A stretch of 64,000 bases of DNA, taken from IMG/VR virus record IMGVR_UViG_3300025133_000026, one strand, 5' to 3'. This stretch comes from a virus. The notes under the pieces were generated by a model. That model was given only the letters and a program-made list of their open reading frames with translations, had not been told where the DNA came from and ran no database searches. A program made the position numbers and the translations under genes. Numbering within the stretch: position 1 is the stretch's first letter; each line of letters opens with the position of its first letter. Below are positions 40,312-51,657 of this stretch, piece by piece.

Positions 40312-40928
40312 AAGACTCTCCTATGTCCACATCTACAGCACCCCTATCTCTTCCTCAACTCAGAACTTTAATGTTTAAAGAAGGACTTAAGGTCTTTGAA
40401 ACTGGAGCTTACAATCTTAACCTTGTTGGGGTTAGGAATATGTCTAAGCTTCATGAGAATAAGTTTAATGACTGGTTCTATTGTTTCTATAAAGATGTTG
40501 ACGGATATTGGAGTACTCATAGATGGGCATGTACGACCGACCCAGGGACTTACTGGCGTCTACACCCAACTAACCCCAAGGGAACAGCCATATTAGCTCC
40601 TGGACAGTACAGAGCGGCCTACATGCTAGGCAAACACAAGGGCAAGTATGAAGCTCTTGTCCAACAGGGCAAAATGCCAGTAGCTCATTTCAGAGACTCT
40701 GATAGAAATGAAGACCTGAACTTTACTGGTGATTTAATCACAGACACTTACATAGGTGCTAATATTCACAGAGCTAGTGCGACTACTGTTACAGAAAATG
40801 TAAATAAATATTCAGCAGCTTGTCAAGTAATTCAGAACCCTCTTCACTTTTATCTTTTAATAGCTCTTGCTAAACTTTCTTCGAGTATTCATGGACCCTA
40901 TTTTACATATACACTTCTAGAGATATGA
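40308..40928 (+). CDS. YkuD/L,D-transpeptidase-fold protein
   Basis: TTDPG, L.PGQY, NIHRA...SAACQV catalytic-type His/Cys. Confidence 0.6.
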   Translation: MKDSPMSTSTAPLSLPQLRTLMFKEGLKVFETGAYNLNLVGVRNMSKLHENKFNDWFYCFYKDVDGYWSTHRWACTTDPGTYWRLHPTNPKGTAILAPGQYRAAYMLGKHKGKYEALVQQGKMPVAHFRDSDRNEDLNFTGDLITDTYIGANIHRASATTVTENVNKYSAACQVIQNPLHFYLLIALAKLSSSIHGPYFTYTLLEI

Positions 40929-41122
40929 GTATTCACTATATTTACAAAATTACAATGGGTCCTTACTTTTATTACGGACGGTCAGGGCAAAAACTAGGTG
41001 CGCGTGAACAGGAACATCTCAGAACATTAAAAGCAAATCGACATTTTAATCCGAAGGTACAAGCTGTCTTTAACAAACACAACAATTCCTGGAAAATGGA
41101 ATCTTTCATCTCCCGACAATAG
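40925..41122 (+). pseudogene. truncated GIY-YIG endonuclease
   Basis: YIYKI...YYGRS...R..EH...L..NRH.N..VQ; stops after 65 aa. Confidence 0.65.
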
Positions 41123-41131
41123 AGAAACAAT

Positions 41132-41545
41132 ATGTTTAGTATTTATACAGATGGTTCAACGCGTCCAACCAATCCAGGACAAATGGGCGCTGGCATAGTC
41201 ATTTATGCATCTAATGTGACCAAACCTATTATGGAACTCTCTATTCCTTTAGGACATGGAACAAATAATCAAGCAGAAATGCTAGCTATTTATATAGCCT
41301 TAACCCATACCGTAGAGTTACCTTCAATTACTACTACTATCTATACAGATTCAAAGTATTGTTGGGGGCTTCTAACCCAGGGGTGGAACGCTAAAACTAA
41401 TAAAGATTTAGTGGAAAAGACGCGGGCGCTGCTCGCAACCAAAACTAATATCTTTATCAAACACATCAGAGGACACCAGGGAATAGAGGGTAATGAAATA
41501 GCGGATAAGCTTGCTTATACAGCATGTATTCATGACCTTTCTTAA
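41132..41545 (+). CDS. rnhA: ribonuclease HI
   Basis: YTDGS, TNNQAEM, YTDS.Y, HIRGHQGIEGNEIADKLA. Confidence 0.95.
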   Translation: MFSIYTDGSTRPTNPGQMGAGIVIYASNVTKPIMELSIPLGHGTNNQAEMLAIYIALTHTVELPSITTTIYTDSKYCWGLLTQGWNAKTNKDLVEKTRALLATKTNIFIKHIRGHQGIEGNEIADKLAYTACIHDLS

Positions 41546-42191
41546 ATCAAATATGGAACTAATACATAGAAGATACTCTTTTTACTCTTTTGCTAAAACA
41601 AATTATCTTCCTACAAGTCTTACTTTTTATACTTCAGAATTGCCAGATGCTACTGAATACAAATTAATTCTTATAGAGTCAGAGTTTAAGACTAAAACTA
41701 AGATAAGGTTCTCTTTCTCTTTAGATAAATGTATTCCAGATTTCAGTATTGTTAAATCTTTTTTAGGCATTTTCTTTCTCTCACCAAAAGAACGTAAAGT
41801 ATTTACTCATAAGAAACTAAAAGAATATCAACTCTCTATTCCTCAAGATATAAGAATAGAACTTGAAGAAAGTTGGAATCTTATTAAAGATAATGAAACT
41901 CACCTTGCCTTTTTTAACGATATTATGAAAATAAAAAACAAAGAATGTAATGCAATAATGGTAAGAAATGGACATAGGGAATTCATAGAGTCCAGATCTG
42001 GAGTATACAAAAGACTGGCATTAAACGAGCGATCACTCATACCGTTATCTCTAACAGTTTATCGTTCTATTGATGATATTAAATTTATGAAGTCTCAAGC
42101 TGATGAAATTATTTATCAAAGACTTATGCAGGGAAAGAAATTACCTACACACTATCTTAATTACGAAATAGATCTTGGAGAAGATATATGA
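41532..42191 (+). CDS. hypothetical protein
   Basis: Track ORF; IYQRLM near C-terminus. Confidence 0.65.
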   Translation: MTFLKSNMELIHRRYSFYSFAKTNYLPTSLTFYTSELPDATEYKLILIESEFKTKTKIRFSFSLDKCIPDFSIVKSFLGIFFLSPKERKVFTHKKLKEYQLSIPQDIRIELEESWNLIKDNETHLAFFNDIMKIKNKECNAIMVRNGHREFIESRSGVYKRLALNERSLIPLSLTVYRSIDDIKFMKSQADEIIYQRLMQGKKLPTHYLNYEIDLGEDI

Positions 42192-42934
42192 TTTTCTTAC
42201 TAGCAACACTTTTAGCATGTAGCCCCGAATGTCCTATTGACGTTACTGTAGAAGAAGCTATCATTAATGTAGAACAGCCTTCTACTGAAACAGACACAGA
42301 CGAAAGAGAAGTGTCAGATGAGGCAGAAACCATTACTGATACCGAAGAGCCTCTTGTTGTAGATACAAATAGCGGTGATACCGCTGATGAAACAACAGAT
42401 TGGACTGAATATATTGCAGCCAAAAGCGTCAAGGACTGTAATAATTGGCTCAAGAATATGGAAAAGCCAAAGGATCCAAATTTTTCATGCAATATGTGGG
42501 GAATGAATCAAGCTGGCGAATACATAGAACTGTATGACCTGAAAGGACAAGTTGTTCTCCTTGAATTCAGTACCGTCTGGTGCAGTGTTTGTAATTATAT
42601 TGCTCCTGGAACACAGGAAGTACATGATTCTTTTCAAGACTTTGTTTACTTAACAGTTCTTGTTCAAGATGAAAGTCGAAATCATATCGAACCTAGCGAT
42701 GGAATTGCCTGGGCAAAATATTATAATATTACAACAGCTCCAGTCTTAGTTACTCCCTATGACTCGGTCATTACCGAAACCCATGATGGTTCCGAACCCA
42801 CATTGTGGGACGTCAGCGCATGGCCTTCCTTCTATCTTTTAAATAGAGATGGACAAATTGTCTGGCGTAGTGATGGTTACAATGAAGAAAGAATCTTGAC
42901 CTATATTGAAAATGAAATAAATGAAACAGATTGA
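42188..42934 (+). CDS. TlpA/thioredoxin-like lipoprotein
   Basis: LLAC lipobox; acidic linker; LLEFSTVWCSVC; WP.FY. Confidence 0.85.
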   Translation: MIFLLATLLACSPECPIDVTVEEAIINVEQPSTETDTDEREVSDEAETITDTEEPLVVDTNSGDTADETTDWTEYIAAKSVKDCNNWLKNMEKPKDPNFSCNMWGMNQAGEYIELYDLKGQVVLLEFSTVWCSVCNYIAPGTQEVHDSFQDFVYLTVLVQDESRNHIEPSDGIAWAKYYNITTAPVLVTPYDSVITETHDGSEPTLWDVSAWPSFYLLNRDGQIVWRSDGYNEERILTYIENEINETD

Positions 42935-42983
42935 ATCAAAAAATTAAAAGGAGGAGCCCCTGGAAAGTTTACTCTGGGGGTTC

Positions 42984-43635
42984 TTGCTTTTCTTTGCGGC
43001 AGTGTCCATCCTTGAGGCGATAGCCTCTTGGACAGATAAAAGATCTATTAGAAAAATAGGCACACGCATCCTTATTTGGATAGCAATCACCCCAATCATT
43101 ACAGAATTACTTGGCATCAGTCTAGGACTATTAGCAGGTGGCACAGCAACCAAAGCTGGCCTTGAATATGCTATTTCAACAGGACTAATTGCTTCAGTAT
43201 TTAGATTAATTAATACTAAATTCAAAGTACAAAATATGAGCCTAATTGAATGGCTCCACAAAGAAAAACTCTATAAAACTGACTGGCACCACGACGAATC
43301 ATTGTTACATATTATTTTTAAAACCAGGAATAAAAATGAACGAACCGAGACAGGGCTGGATAAAGATTCCATTTAATAATGGAGTTGTCATTCTCTGCCA
43401 ACCACAAGACTATCCTGAAGTTCTTGTTAATACTTTCCCTGCACTAAATTTTAAACAAGCTCAGATTAACGTTGATACAAAAACTCTTGTTTACTCATCT
43501 ACTGATGGTGAAGAAGAAGCTCCAATCATTGCATATAAAGAAGACATCGAAGCAGCACGGAAAGCAGCCATCGACTGGCTTCATGAAATCCTCAAATCAA
43601 ATCTTCCCACTCCTCCTCCAAACCAGGATAACTAA
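42984..43635 (+). CDS. membrane ORF 42984..43376 and hypothetical 43336..43635
   Basis: Track ORFs. Confidence 0.6.
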
Positions 43636-45222
43636 ATGGATACCCCCACTTCATTCCTCCAGGCCTTCGAAGAAGGTGTTTCTGGTATTGAAGCAAGCGT
43701 CACTGATTACAAATTTAGTGACTCTGGCTACCTTCTAAGCAGCAATGGATATACCCAAGCAAACGATATGAGATACGACAAGAAGGGTCAGCCCCAGCCT
43801 TTCGTATTTCATACTGCTGATGGACAAACTCTCACCACTCCATATCGTAAGGTATATCAAGGGTGGAAGGAAGCTTATTCATTCCCTCAAGGCGCTGAAG
43901 AATCTTACACCAAGGATGAGGGTGGAGAAATGCTCCATTCGTCTGCAGCCAATGCAGACCAGCGCTCAACTTTGCGTGAATCTTCTTGGCAAGATTGGTT
44001 CGACCTCAATCATATTGTTCAAAAAATTGTTGTGTCTGCAGCAAGCCATGAACTGTCTTACAAAGACATGTGGTCTTATCTTTTCAAATGGATGAATACC
44101 GCCAAAGAACAAGGTAAGCTTGATTTTGAATTCATCTTGCTTCCAGAAGAAGTTCAAATTATCAAGAATGCTTGGCGTCAAATTGACCGACAAGGTCTTA
44201 GTCAATTCCAATCCAATATGGAAAACTATCTCCAGCGTGTAGATTCTGAAGGCAACTCTATTGATGACTTCAATATGTACTTTACACGACCTGACGTAGG
44301 GGACGCAGAACTACTGCGTACTCCCTTCCCTATGGTTACTCTGCCTGGTGGGCAGGTGGTTAAAGACGGATGGAATGTAGACGACATTCTGTGGCCAGGA
44401 GAGCAAGAACGACTTAGTGCAGAGAGAAAGTTGAACTACTCTGCTTATGAACTCTATGGAACCAGTACAGATAATGAGACAAAGAAAACCCAATGGTTCA
44501 ATAACACTGATAACTTTGATAGAATCAAAAACTCAAAGGTTATTGCCGAAGAGAAGGTAACAGAGTGGCTTCACTCTATTACTGGTAAGCTAGAAAGCTT
44601 GCCCTATCTCTTGGGTGTGTCTTGCTACCTAGATACTCTTCAGAAAAATGTTGCCATTTATTTCCAAGATGTCTTCCCTGATGTAAGTACTAATGCCGCT
44701 GTACTACAGGCACGACTGTATCACGCAGACAATCGAGTCGTCTTCTTTCTTGAAGAAAAGGGATGGATGAGTATCAAGCACTACCAAGAAGAAGACCGAT
44801 ACACTATGGTTGAACACAAGGGAAGAGTGGGTCTTCCTATGGTTCGAGCTAACAGTGCGCGCATCACAAAGAGTGCCTGGCTTAAAGCTAAGCTATATCT
44901 TACTCAGATTCTTCTCACTCAGCATGAACAGTCAGAAAAAGAGGCAATCAACCTTACCTTTGCTCACCTAGACAAAGAAGGGAAGCCTATTCGTAACCAA
45001 GGACAAACACAAGCCTTTCTACCCACCAGAGAAGGAGCACGCATTATTAACACTACTCCGCGTTCCTTTATCAAGCGATGGGGAAGAGAAGCCCAACAGG
45101 AAGCAGGCGAAACAACTGAAGCGGTAGTCAAGAAACTAATTTCATTCAAAATCCGTAAGCACGAGCACGATGTAAAGACTGCCTATGCTTACCTTTACAA
45201 ACAACTTACCAAAGGAAATTAA
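43636..45222 (+). CDS. 528-aa hypothetical protein
   Basis: Long ORF abutting neighbours; no family recognised. Confidence 0.85.
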   Translation: MDTPTSFLQAFEEGVSGIEASVTDYKFSDSGYLLSSNGYTQANDMRYDKKGQPQPFVFHTADGQTLTTPYRKVYQGWKEAYSFPQGAEESYTKDEGGEMLHSSAANADQRSTLRESSWQDWFDLNHIVQKIVVSAASHELSYKDMWSYLFKWMNTAKEQGKLDFEFILLPEEVQIIKNAWRQIDRQGLSQFQSNMENYLQRVDSEGNSIDDFNMYFTRPDVGDAELLRTPFPMVTLPGGQVVKDGWNVDDILWPGEQERLSAERKLNYSAYELYGTSTDNETKKTQWFNNTDNFDRIKNSKVIAEEKVTEWLHSITGKLESLPYLLGVSCYLDTLQKNVAIYFQDVFPDVSTNAAVLQARLYHADNRVVFFLEEKGWMSIKHYQEEDRYTMVEHKGRVGLPMVRANSARITKSAWLKAKLYLTQILLTQHEQSEKEAINLTFAHLDKEGKPIRNQGQTQAFLPTREGARIINTTPRSFIKRWGREAQQEAGETTEAVVKKLISFKIRKHEHDVKTAYAYLYKQLTKGN

Positions 45223-47032
45223 ATGAGTACAGGGATTCCTCCTCGTCTCGCAGGAAAGAAGGTTTTAGTCCTTCAAAACAATGTCGTGGTGCCACGACCA
45301 AAGTGCAAAGACAAAAATGATAGAGAAAGAGTTCTAAAAGAAATTGGAGAGAAATCTACAATGGATCTTGGAGCTGCTATCAATCAAGGCAAAATAACTT
45401 TAGCAGATGCAAAGAAAATGTTTCCAGCATCTGTATTGTTCGATCATTCAACACGCAACCCTCAAACAAACTCCTTACGAAGAAATGATGTTCGACTTGT
45501 AGAAAAGAAAACCCAAACCTATTGGGGCTTGACTAATACTCGATTCCCACAATGGGTGCCCATTATAGGAAGAGATAGCCAATCAGATTATCTTGTTGTA
45601 CAGAAAAGAGTTGTCACTATGTTATGTGCTGTCTCTTCATCTGGAACTCAGGTAATCAATGTCCTTAACACTAAAACAACCACCACGAAGAGACGTACCT
45701 AGGAACCCCATTGGAGTAAAATGGGATCACTAGACTTACTTCTAATTACAATAACATTAACAGTTATAGGAAAATTAAGTGTCAAGAGAAACTAATACCA
45801 GAGTATCTAGAATTGAACAAGGTAAAAATATTGCCGCTACGCGCGGACATGCAAAAACCTATGTCAATACTGGATCACTAAAAGAAGTCTTTCAATTCGA
45901 ACACTCTGAAGAAACAGTCCTCGCAGGCGAAGTCCTAATAGGTTATGATTCTTCAGGACAACCAATATGGAAATATGCAGAGCACACCTTCTATTTCAAA
46001 GCACCTGAAACCCAGCTAGTAGTTTATGATTCTAACTATCTAGATGTTTATCCTGGAGAAGATAATGAAAATTAATATCATTCCCGCAGAAAAGTTACGG
46101 GAGTTTCAAGCTCCCACTGCACAAAAGCTAGCTCAGAGAGTTCAAAATACTTTTAAGCGCTTACATCTTCATGACGGACAACGGTTTGTTGATGTCCCTC
46201 TCTACCTTGAAAATGATACAATGGTAAATGAGGTGACTGATGCAATCAAAACAGCCGACGCGGAGTATTCAGTCCAGGTGGTTAACACTGAAGAAGAACA
46301 GTACTGCTCTCGTGTACTTCGTATTAGCTGGTATCCAGAGAACAATGAGTAAGGTATTTAAATTCATTGTTAAGAAAGTATTAAATAAATTGGACGAGAA
46401 ATATCCCGTCCAGCAACCCTCTCCTCTTCCTCCAAAAGAAGTAAAAACTAAAACCATAGAGTTTCAAAACAGAGACTTTAAAATGGTAACAAGTTCGAGC
46501 GGCAATCCAATCATTAAAGAGATTGAAGTTACAATCAACTCTTTTAATGGTAAGAAAGCTCCTTACTTATGTTATAAAGTTTCTAATGGACTCGAAACAC
46601 AGTGGTGGGCTTACTGTCCTGTGGAGGACACACGCTATAAGGGATGATATGAACATCTTATTAGGATTTTACTTTACAGTCACTACATTTCTTGTTCTTT
46701 ATTCTTGGCTTGTTCTTAGGCCTGAGTTAAAAGAATCTAAAGAAAGATTAAAGAATCTTTCTAGTCGTCTTGCTCAAAATTATTATGATTTAAATTTCAT
46801 TGTTGGAGAAATAGAAGACGCAGATATTCTAGTACGTAGTGATGTATATAAGTTAAAGCAACAAATAGATGCTATTTGGAAAGGATTTGGCTGGGAAGAT
46901 GAGGTTTTTATCTCCTCAGTCAAACAAGGTCAAACAGAATGGCGCATACCTATACCTCAAAAGAAGGAAGGTCAAGTAATTAAAAGGGTTACCTCTAACG
47001 TTAGGGTTCTTAAAACACCAAAGAATCGTTGA
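45223..47032 (+). CDS. run of hypothetical ORFs 45223..45702, 45779..46075, 46065..46352, 46345..46647, 46649..47032
   Basis: Packed + strand ORFs. Confidence 0.65.
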
Positions 47033-47689
47033 TTAATGTTTTAGCAAACCCTTATTAATACTAGAAAGCTTTACAACCCAAACTCGTGTTGGATCAAACT
47101 GTTCAAGACCTATACCTATAGCACTTATAACTCCAACTAGATCTCCTTTGTGGTTATAAACACCGCCGCCACTAGAACCAGGAAGAGCATAGGCTTGTAA
47201 AAGAGCTGCATTACTAAAGCTCTCTCCATCAGAAACCATTCCTCGTGTAACTACATTACAGTCTCTCGAAGGGCAACCAAGAAGCCAAACTTCTTGACCT
47301 GTCTTTAGCTGTGCTGAAATTTTAGCAGCCTTTGTTTTCTTTGGCTTCTTTGGTAAATCAAAGATAGCCCAATCATCAAAGTCATTAGGTCTTGTTACAT
47401 ATCCTATCGAGTCTAATGTTACACAGCCTTCTTTCTCAAGATCAAGAAAGCCACAAACTCTAGTTGCATGTTCTTTAGAAATATCTGCAACATGAGCGGC
47501 TGTCAAAAGCCTATAGATTCCATGAGATTTTACAATAGTCCCAGACCCTACTGGAATCCATCCAAAGACAGCGTGATCAACTTCAAAAGACACTGCAGAG
47601 ACTTTCATATTTTTAACTTGAGGAACAACGTCGGGCGCTGCGTGGCATGACTGAGCGAACAACAATAACAGAGTAAAAAACTTTATCAT
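47033..47689 (-). CDS. secreted trypsin-like serine protease
   Basis: Signal peptide; GSG..., LTAAHV, DDWAI, PGSSGGG; GGAG RBS on minus strand. Confidence 0.9.
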   Translation of the reverse strand: MIKFFTLLLLFAQSCHAAPDVVPQVKNMKVSAVSFEVDHAVFGWIPVGSGTIVKSHGIYRLLTAAHVADISKEHATRVCGFLDLEKEGCVTLDSIGYVTRPNDFDDWAIFDLPKKPKKTKAAKISAQLKTGQEVWLLGCPSRDCNVVTRGMVSDGESFSNAALLQAYALPGSSGGGVYNHKGDLVGVISAIGIGLEQFDPTRVWVVKLSSINKGLLKH

Positions 47690-47728
47690 AAACAACACTC
47701 CCTATTACTATTATGCCATAAGGTAGCC

Positions 47729-48487
47729 ATGAATCCGATTCCTAACTTTGTTAAAGAAAAAACAGCTTGTTATTTTTCTCTCTTTAATACTTCTTTTCTT
47801 CCTTTTAACAAAGAAGAATCATTAAGAAATACTTTTCGGCAATTAACAATCGCAATTCCTGAAATTCTAGTTACTGGTGGTTACGTTAGAGATAATCTAG
47901 CAAACGCAAGTATCTTGCCAAAAGATATAGATTTAATTATTCCTTTTAAAGGGAAAACTCAGCAGATTGTTCTTCAGAATACTATTACCAACCTTCTTTC
48001 TTGTCATGGAGCTGTTCAAAATATATATGAAGATAAATATAATAATATTTTTGAAGAAAAAATTATAGTTAATAAAGTTAATATTCGAATAGGCCAAACT
48101 ATTGTTTTTAGTATTGACCTTATCTGGACAGAAGAACCAGAAAAATATATTAAATCTTTTGATTGGCTTTGCTGCATGGGGACAATGTTTTTAAAGGATC
48201 TCGTGGATTGTAGTTCCCTATATCGAGATATATACTTTCCATCGCCTGAAGAACTTGAAGAATACAAAGAAGAGAAAATCTCAAAATTTGGATCATCACC
48301 TCTTACACATTATTATCATTATAGAAAAACTCTTCGCCTCAATAGCGTTAAAAATCCCGAGTCAGCACTGAGGCGTGGGTTTTACTTGGCACATCGCTTA
48401 GGTAAAAAGATGAGACAAGAAGACTTCAATACATTAGTCATGATGACTAATCTCTTAGACAATAACAAATTAATCGAAAAGGATTAA
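47729..48487 (+). CDS. CCA-adding enzyme / poly(A) polymerase family nucleotidyltransferase (head domain)
   Basis: VTGGYVRD...PKDID; FDW; R..RG near C-terminus. Confidence 0.75.
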   Translation: MNPIPNFVKEKTACYFSLFNTSFLPFNKEESLRNTFRQLTIAIPEILVTGGYVRDNLANASILPKDIDLIIPFKGKTQQIVLQNTITNLLSCHGAVQNIYEDKYNNIFEEKIIVNKVNIRIGQTIVFSIDLIWTEEPEKYIKSFDWLCCMGTMFLKDLVDCSSLYRDIYFPSPEELEEYKEEKISKFGSSPLTHYYHYRKTLRLNSVKNPESALRRGFYLAHRLGKKMRQEDFNTLVMMTNLLDNNKLIEKD

Positions 48488-48488
48488 C

Positions 48489-49175
48489 ATGCAAGTCCCC
48501 GAAGGTTATGAGCTAGTCTCTGACTTACAAATAGATGTACCTATCTTAAATCCTATTACATTCAGTGCGCTGGCAAATCCCGAGGCTCTCCAACATGTTG
48601 GTAAGCACCTTATTGCAGGTCCAGCCCTTACTGCAGATGTAATGGAATTAGATACTGATGCAGACGGAGGAAAACTTTATTGTATTTTCACAGAACATCC
48701 TAAAGAACTAGAAGATTTCTTCTCAAGCTATGGGATGACTGAGATAACTCATTCTGTTCTTCCTCGTTTATGGAAAGACCAAGATTACGCATTATCTATT
48801 ATTGTTCCTTCAGAACATAGTCTTAACAATATGAGAAAAGAGAACATGCGCATCTTTGATTGTGACTGTCTTGCTGCAGAGATGCCCTCAAGTATTGAGT
48901 TAGGAATCACTGAAGGTACTTATATTCTTAAGCCAAAAGAGATGCCCCAAAAGATTAGACTAACCAAGGTTGGAAGAATGCTTCCAGTTGACCTGGTAAA
49001 GGTCTACACAAAAGCCTATCATCGAATGGGTTTTAAAATTGACTACTTTGTATTTCATCACTTTTGGAGACTTAGATGTGCATTCAATTTTAGAAATGAT
49101 CTAATAGATGACCTAAACGCCTTTGAGGAATGGCGTAGTGATTTCCTCGATGAACCAATTACCTTTACTTACTAA
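48489..49175 (+). CDS. hypothetical protein
   Basis: AAGGA RBS. Confidence 0.75.
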   Translation: MQVPEGYELVSDLQIDVPILNPITFSALANPEALQHVGKHLIAGPALTADVMELDTDADGGKLYCIFTEHPKELEDFFSSYGMTEITHSVLPRLWKDQDYALSIIVPSEHSLNNMRKENMRIFDCDCLAAEMPSSIELGITEGTYILKPKEMPQKIRLTKVGRMLPVDLVKVYTKAYHRMGFKIDYFVFHHFWRLRCAFNFRNDLIDDLNAFEEWRSDFLDEPITFTY

Positions 49176-49193
49176 GAACCAGGAGAAAGAACA

Positions 49194-50378
49194 ATGGATT
49201 CAAGAAATTTTCAAAGAGTACTAGATATTTACTTCGAAGCGGATGTGCCTCTTCACGTCTGGGGCGCCGGTGGAATCGGCAAGTCTCAAATCATTGAAGC
49301 AGTTGCTGAAAGGAAAGGTCACCACATGGAAGACCTACGTCTCGCAACACAGGAAGTGGGAGACCTTATTGGTATTCCCAAACGTACAACCCAAGAAGCT
49401 TTACGCATCTCTGGACATGATGAAGAAGGCAATGCCATTATCGAAACCTACACTGCTGATGTCACTACTTGGACTCAGCCGACTTGGTTCCGTCGTATTT
49501 GGAACAAGTATGCCCTTGGGTTCCGAACCGTGCTTTTCCTCGACGAAATGGACCGTGCCAACAAAGAAGTTATTCAGGTAGCTTACCAGCTAACAACGAA
49601 AAAGCAACTTCACGAGCACGAGCTGCCCCCTGGGACCATCATCATCGCAGCAGGTAACCCTCCAACTGAAGATTACATGGTAGAGACTTTCGACGACGCT
49701 ATGTGTACTCGTTGGGCACACGTTAAGCTTGATGCTAACGTCCCTGCGTGGCTTACTGAAGTCGGACCTCGTATGGATGAAGAAATCACAGGCTTCATTG
49801 CAACTGCAGGCAAGGAATATCTTTTCCACAAAGCAGCTGCTTGGGATATTGAAACTGTTAGAATGCCTACGCCTCGTGGTTGGGAGTTCGTAAACCGAGT
49901 TTACGGTGCTTGGAAGAAGCACGGTGGCGGCGACCAACTACTTCTTATGACTTGTGTCGGTTCTATCGTTGGCGCTGCAGCTGGTCGAGAATTCGTTCAG
50001 TCTCTTGAGACTCAGTGGATTACCAGAGATCAGATTCTTTCTGGAGCAAAGAACTACCAAGACCTTAAAGCAAGCTCTGCAGCTTCTGGTCAGATTCTTC
50101 GACTCGTTAACGAATGCTCTCTCTATCTCGAAAAGAAAGACTTTAAGAGCAAGAAGAAAGAGAAAATGGTTGTTGACGCAAGTAAGGTTCAAGCCTTTGG
50201 TGCATTCCTCGATGCCCTTACTCAGGATAAAACCGAGCTTTCTGTCTCTCTAACCAAGAGCATCATGAAGCGCGAGCGTGAAGTACTCAAGCTTATTCTC
50301 ACGAAGGTTTCACCTTCCACGAGAAGTCGCTACAACGAACTCTTCACTCTCAGTCACAAGGTTAACGCATCTTATTAA
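49194..50378 (+). CDS. MoxR-like AAA+ ATPase
   Basis: GAGGIGKS, DLIGIP, LFLDEMDRA, AAGNP, PTPRGW. Confidence 0.92.
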   Translation: MDSRNFQRVLDIYFEADVPLHVWGAGGIGKSQIIEAVAERKGHHMEDLRLATQEVGDLIGIPKRTTQEALRISGHDEEGNAIIETYTADVTTWTQPTWFRRIWNKYALGFRTVLFLDEMDRANKEVIQVAYQLTTKKQLHEHELPPGTIIIAAGNPPTEDYMVETFDDAMCTRWAHVKLDANVPAWLTEVGPRMDEEITGFIATAGKEYLFHKAAAWDIETVRMPTPRGWEFVNRVYGAWKKHGGGDQLLLMTCVGSIVGAAAGREFVQSLETQWITRDQILSGAKNYQDLKASSAASGQILRLVNECSLYLEKKDFKSKKKEKMVVDASKVQAFGAFLDALTQDKTELSVSLTKSIMKREREVLKLILTKVSPSTRSRYNELFTLSHKVNASY

Positions 50379-50383
50379 CACAC

Positions 50384-50414
50384 GAGAAGGGGAGGGTAAC
50401 TCCTCCCCTTTCTC
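50384..50414 (+). terminator. hairpin between the AAA+ and vWA genes
   Basis: GAGAAGGGGAGG/CCTCCCCTTTCTC. Confidence 0.55.
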
Positions 50415-50445
50415 ATTCAAAACTACTACACAAGTAGGAGAATAA

Positions 50446-51657
50446 ATGAGTACTTTTAAAGACCTTCCTGCTGAAGAAAAAGTCAGCAAATGGCTTGCTA
50501 CTGTTCTTGTAGGGAGTGATGCAAACATGCAGTGGTATGCTGCTGCACTATCTCAATTCGCCTTTGGAACAACAAGTGAAGTTCCTACGATGGCTCTTAC
50601 TATGAGCTTCGAAACTTTACAACCAAAAATTGTTTACAATGTCAAGTTTGTTAAAGACCTTGACTTTCCTGAATTCGGAGCAATTCTAATTCATGAACTC
50701 TGGCACTTTCTTAATCGCTCATTTATGCGTCAAGAATTTCGTGACCCAACTGGGTGGAACTTTGCAACTGACAGTGCAATGAACTGGCATATTGAGAGAG
50801 ATTTTTCTCATAAACCTCTAGTTCAACTTCCAGACAATTGTCTTCAAGCTCCTAAGGAAATGAAGCAAGAAGACGTTTACTCAGAAAATCTTTACAAAGT
50901 AACAACAGGCCAAGGTAAAGACAAACAATCAGGACAGCCCGGCGCGGGTTCTCCCCTAGAGCAAGCCTGGGATGATTTTCAGGCTGGAAAGACTAAGCTA
51001 GTTGATGACCACTCTCTTTGGGGTACATTCAACGACGTTCCTGAAGAAGCGATTGGAAACAAAGTTGTTGAGATTATTGACAACGCAACAAGATTTGCAG
51101 GAAGCGAACCTCATGGAGCAGCAAAGATTCTTCGTGAGTTGCTTGAGTCTAAGGTTCCTTGGGGTCAACTACTTCGTAGATTTGCAGGTGACTACCTTAA
51201 GATTGGTAGCAGGCCATCCTGGAAGCGTTATAACAGACGTATGGGAGAAAGCCAGCCCGGCAAAATTATTAAGCGTGGTGGAAAGCTTGTTATCCTTGTA
51301 GATACTTCTGGCTCTACAGCTGGAGACCAAGCACAGTTCTGGGGAGAGATTGACTTTGTTGCACGAAGTTTTGAAACCTGGGTCATCCAATGTGATGCTG
51401 CAGTTCAAGGCAAGCCCATTAGATATCATAGAGGGGTTGGGAAATCTCTTGAGATTAAAGGCTATGGCGGCACCGATATGAATCCAGGTATTGAAGCAGC
51501 AAAGAAGTTAAAGCCAGATCTCTTTGTTTGTTTTACTGACGGATACCTTTTCGGAGAACCTGTCCCAACTGGAAAACCAGAGCTTTGGGTTATCTGTCAG
51601 AATGGCGTAGAAGTCAAAAACAGACGATGTATCTTCATCGAGAGCAAAGATAAATGA
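50446..51657 (+). CDS. DUF2201-type metallopeptidase + vWA protein
   Basis: HELWH; VDTSGS; GGTD; FTDG; the usual partner of the MoxR-like ATPase. Confidence 0.9.
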   Translation: MSTFKDLPAEEKVSKWLATVLVGSDANMQWYAAALSQFAFGTTSEVPTMALTMSFETLQPKIVYNVKFVKDLDFPEFGAILIHELWHFLNRSFMRQEFRDPTGWNFATDSAMNWHIERDFSHKPLVQLPDNCLQAPKEMKQEDVYSENLYKVTTGQGKDKQSGQPGAGSPLEQAWDDFQAGKTKLVDDHSLWGTFNDVPEEAIGNKVVEIIDNATRFAGSEPHGAAKILRELLESKVPWGQLLRRFAGDYLKIGSRPSWKRYNRRMGESQPGKIIKRGGKLVILVDTSGSTAGDQAQFWGEIDFVARSFETWVIQCDAAVQGKPIRYHRGVGKSLEIKGYGGTDMNPGIEAAKKLKPDLFVCFTDGYLFGEPVPTGKPELWVICQNGVEVKNRRCIFIESKDK

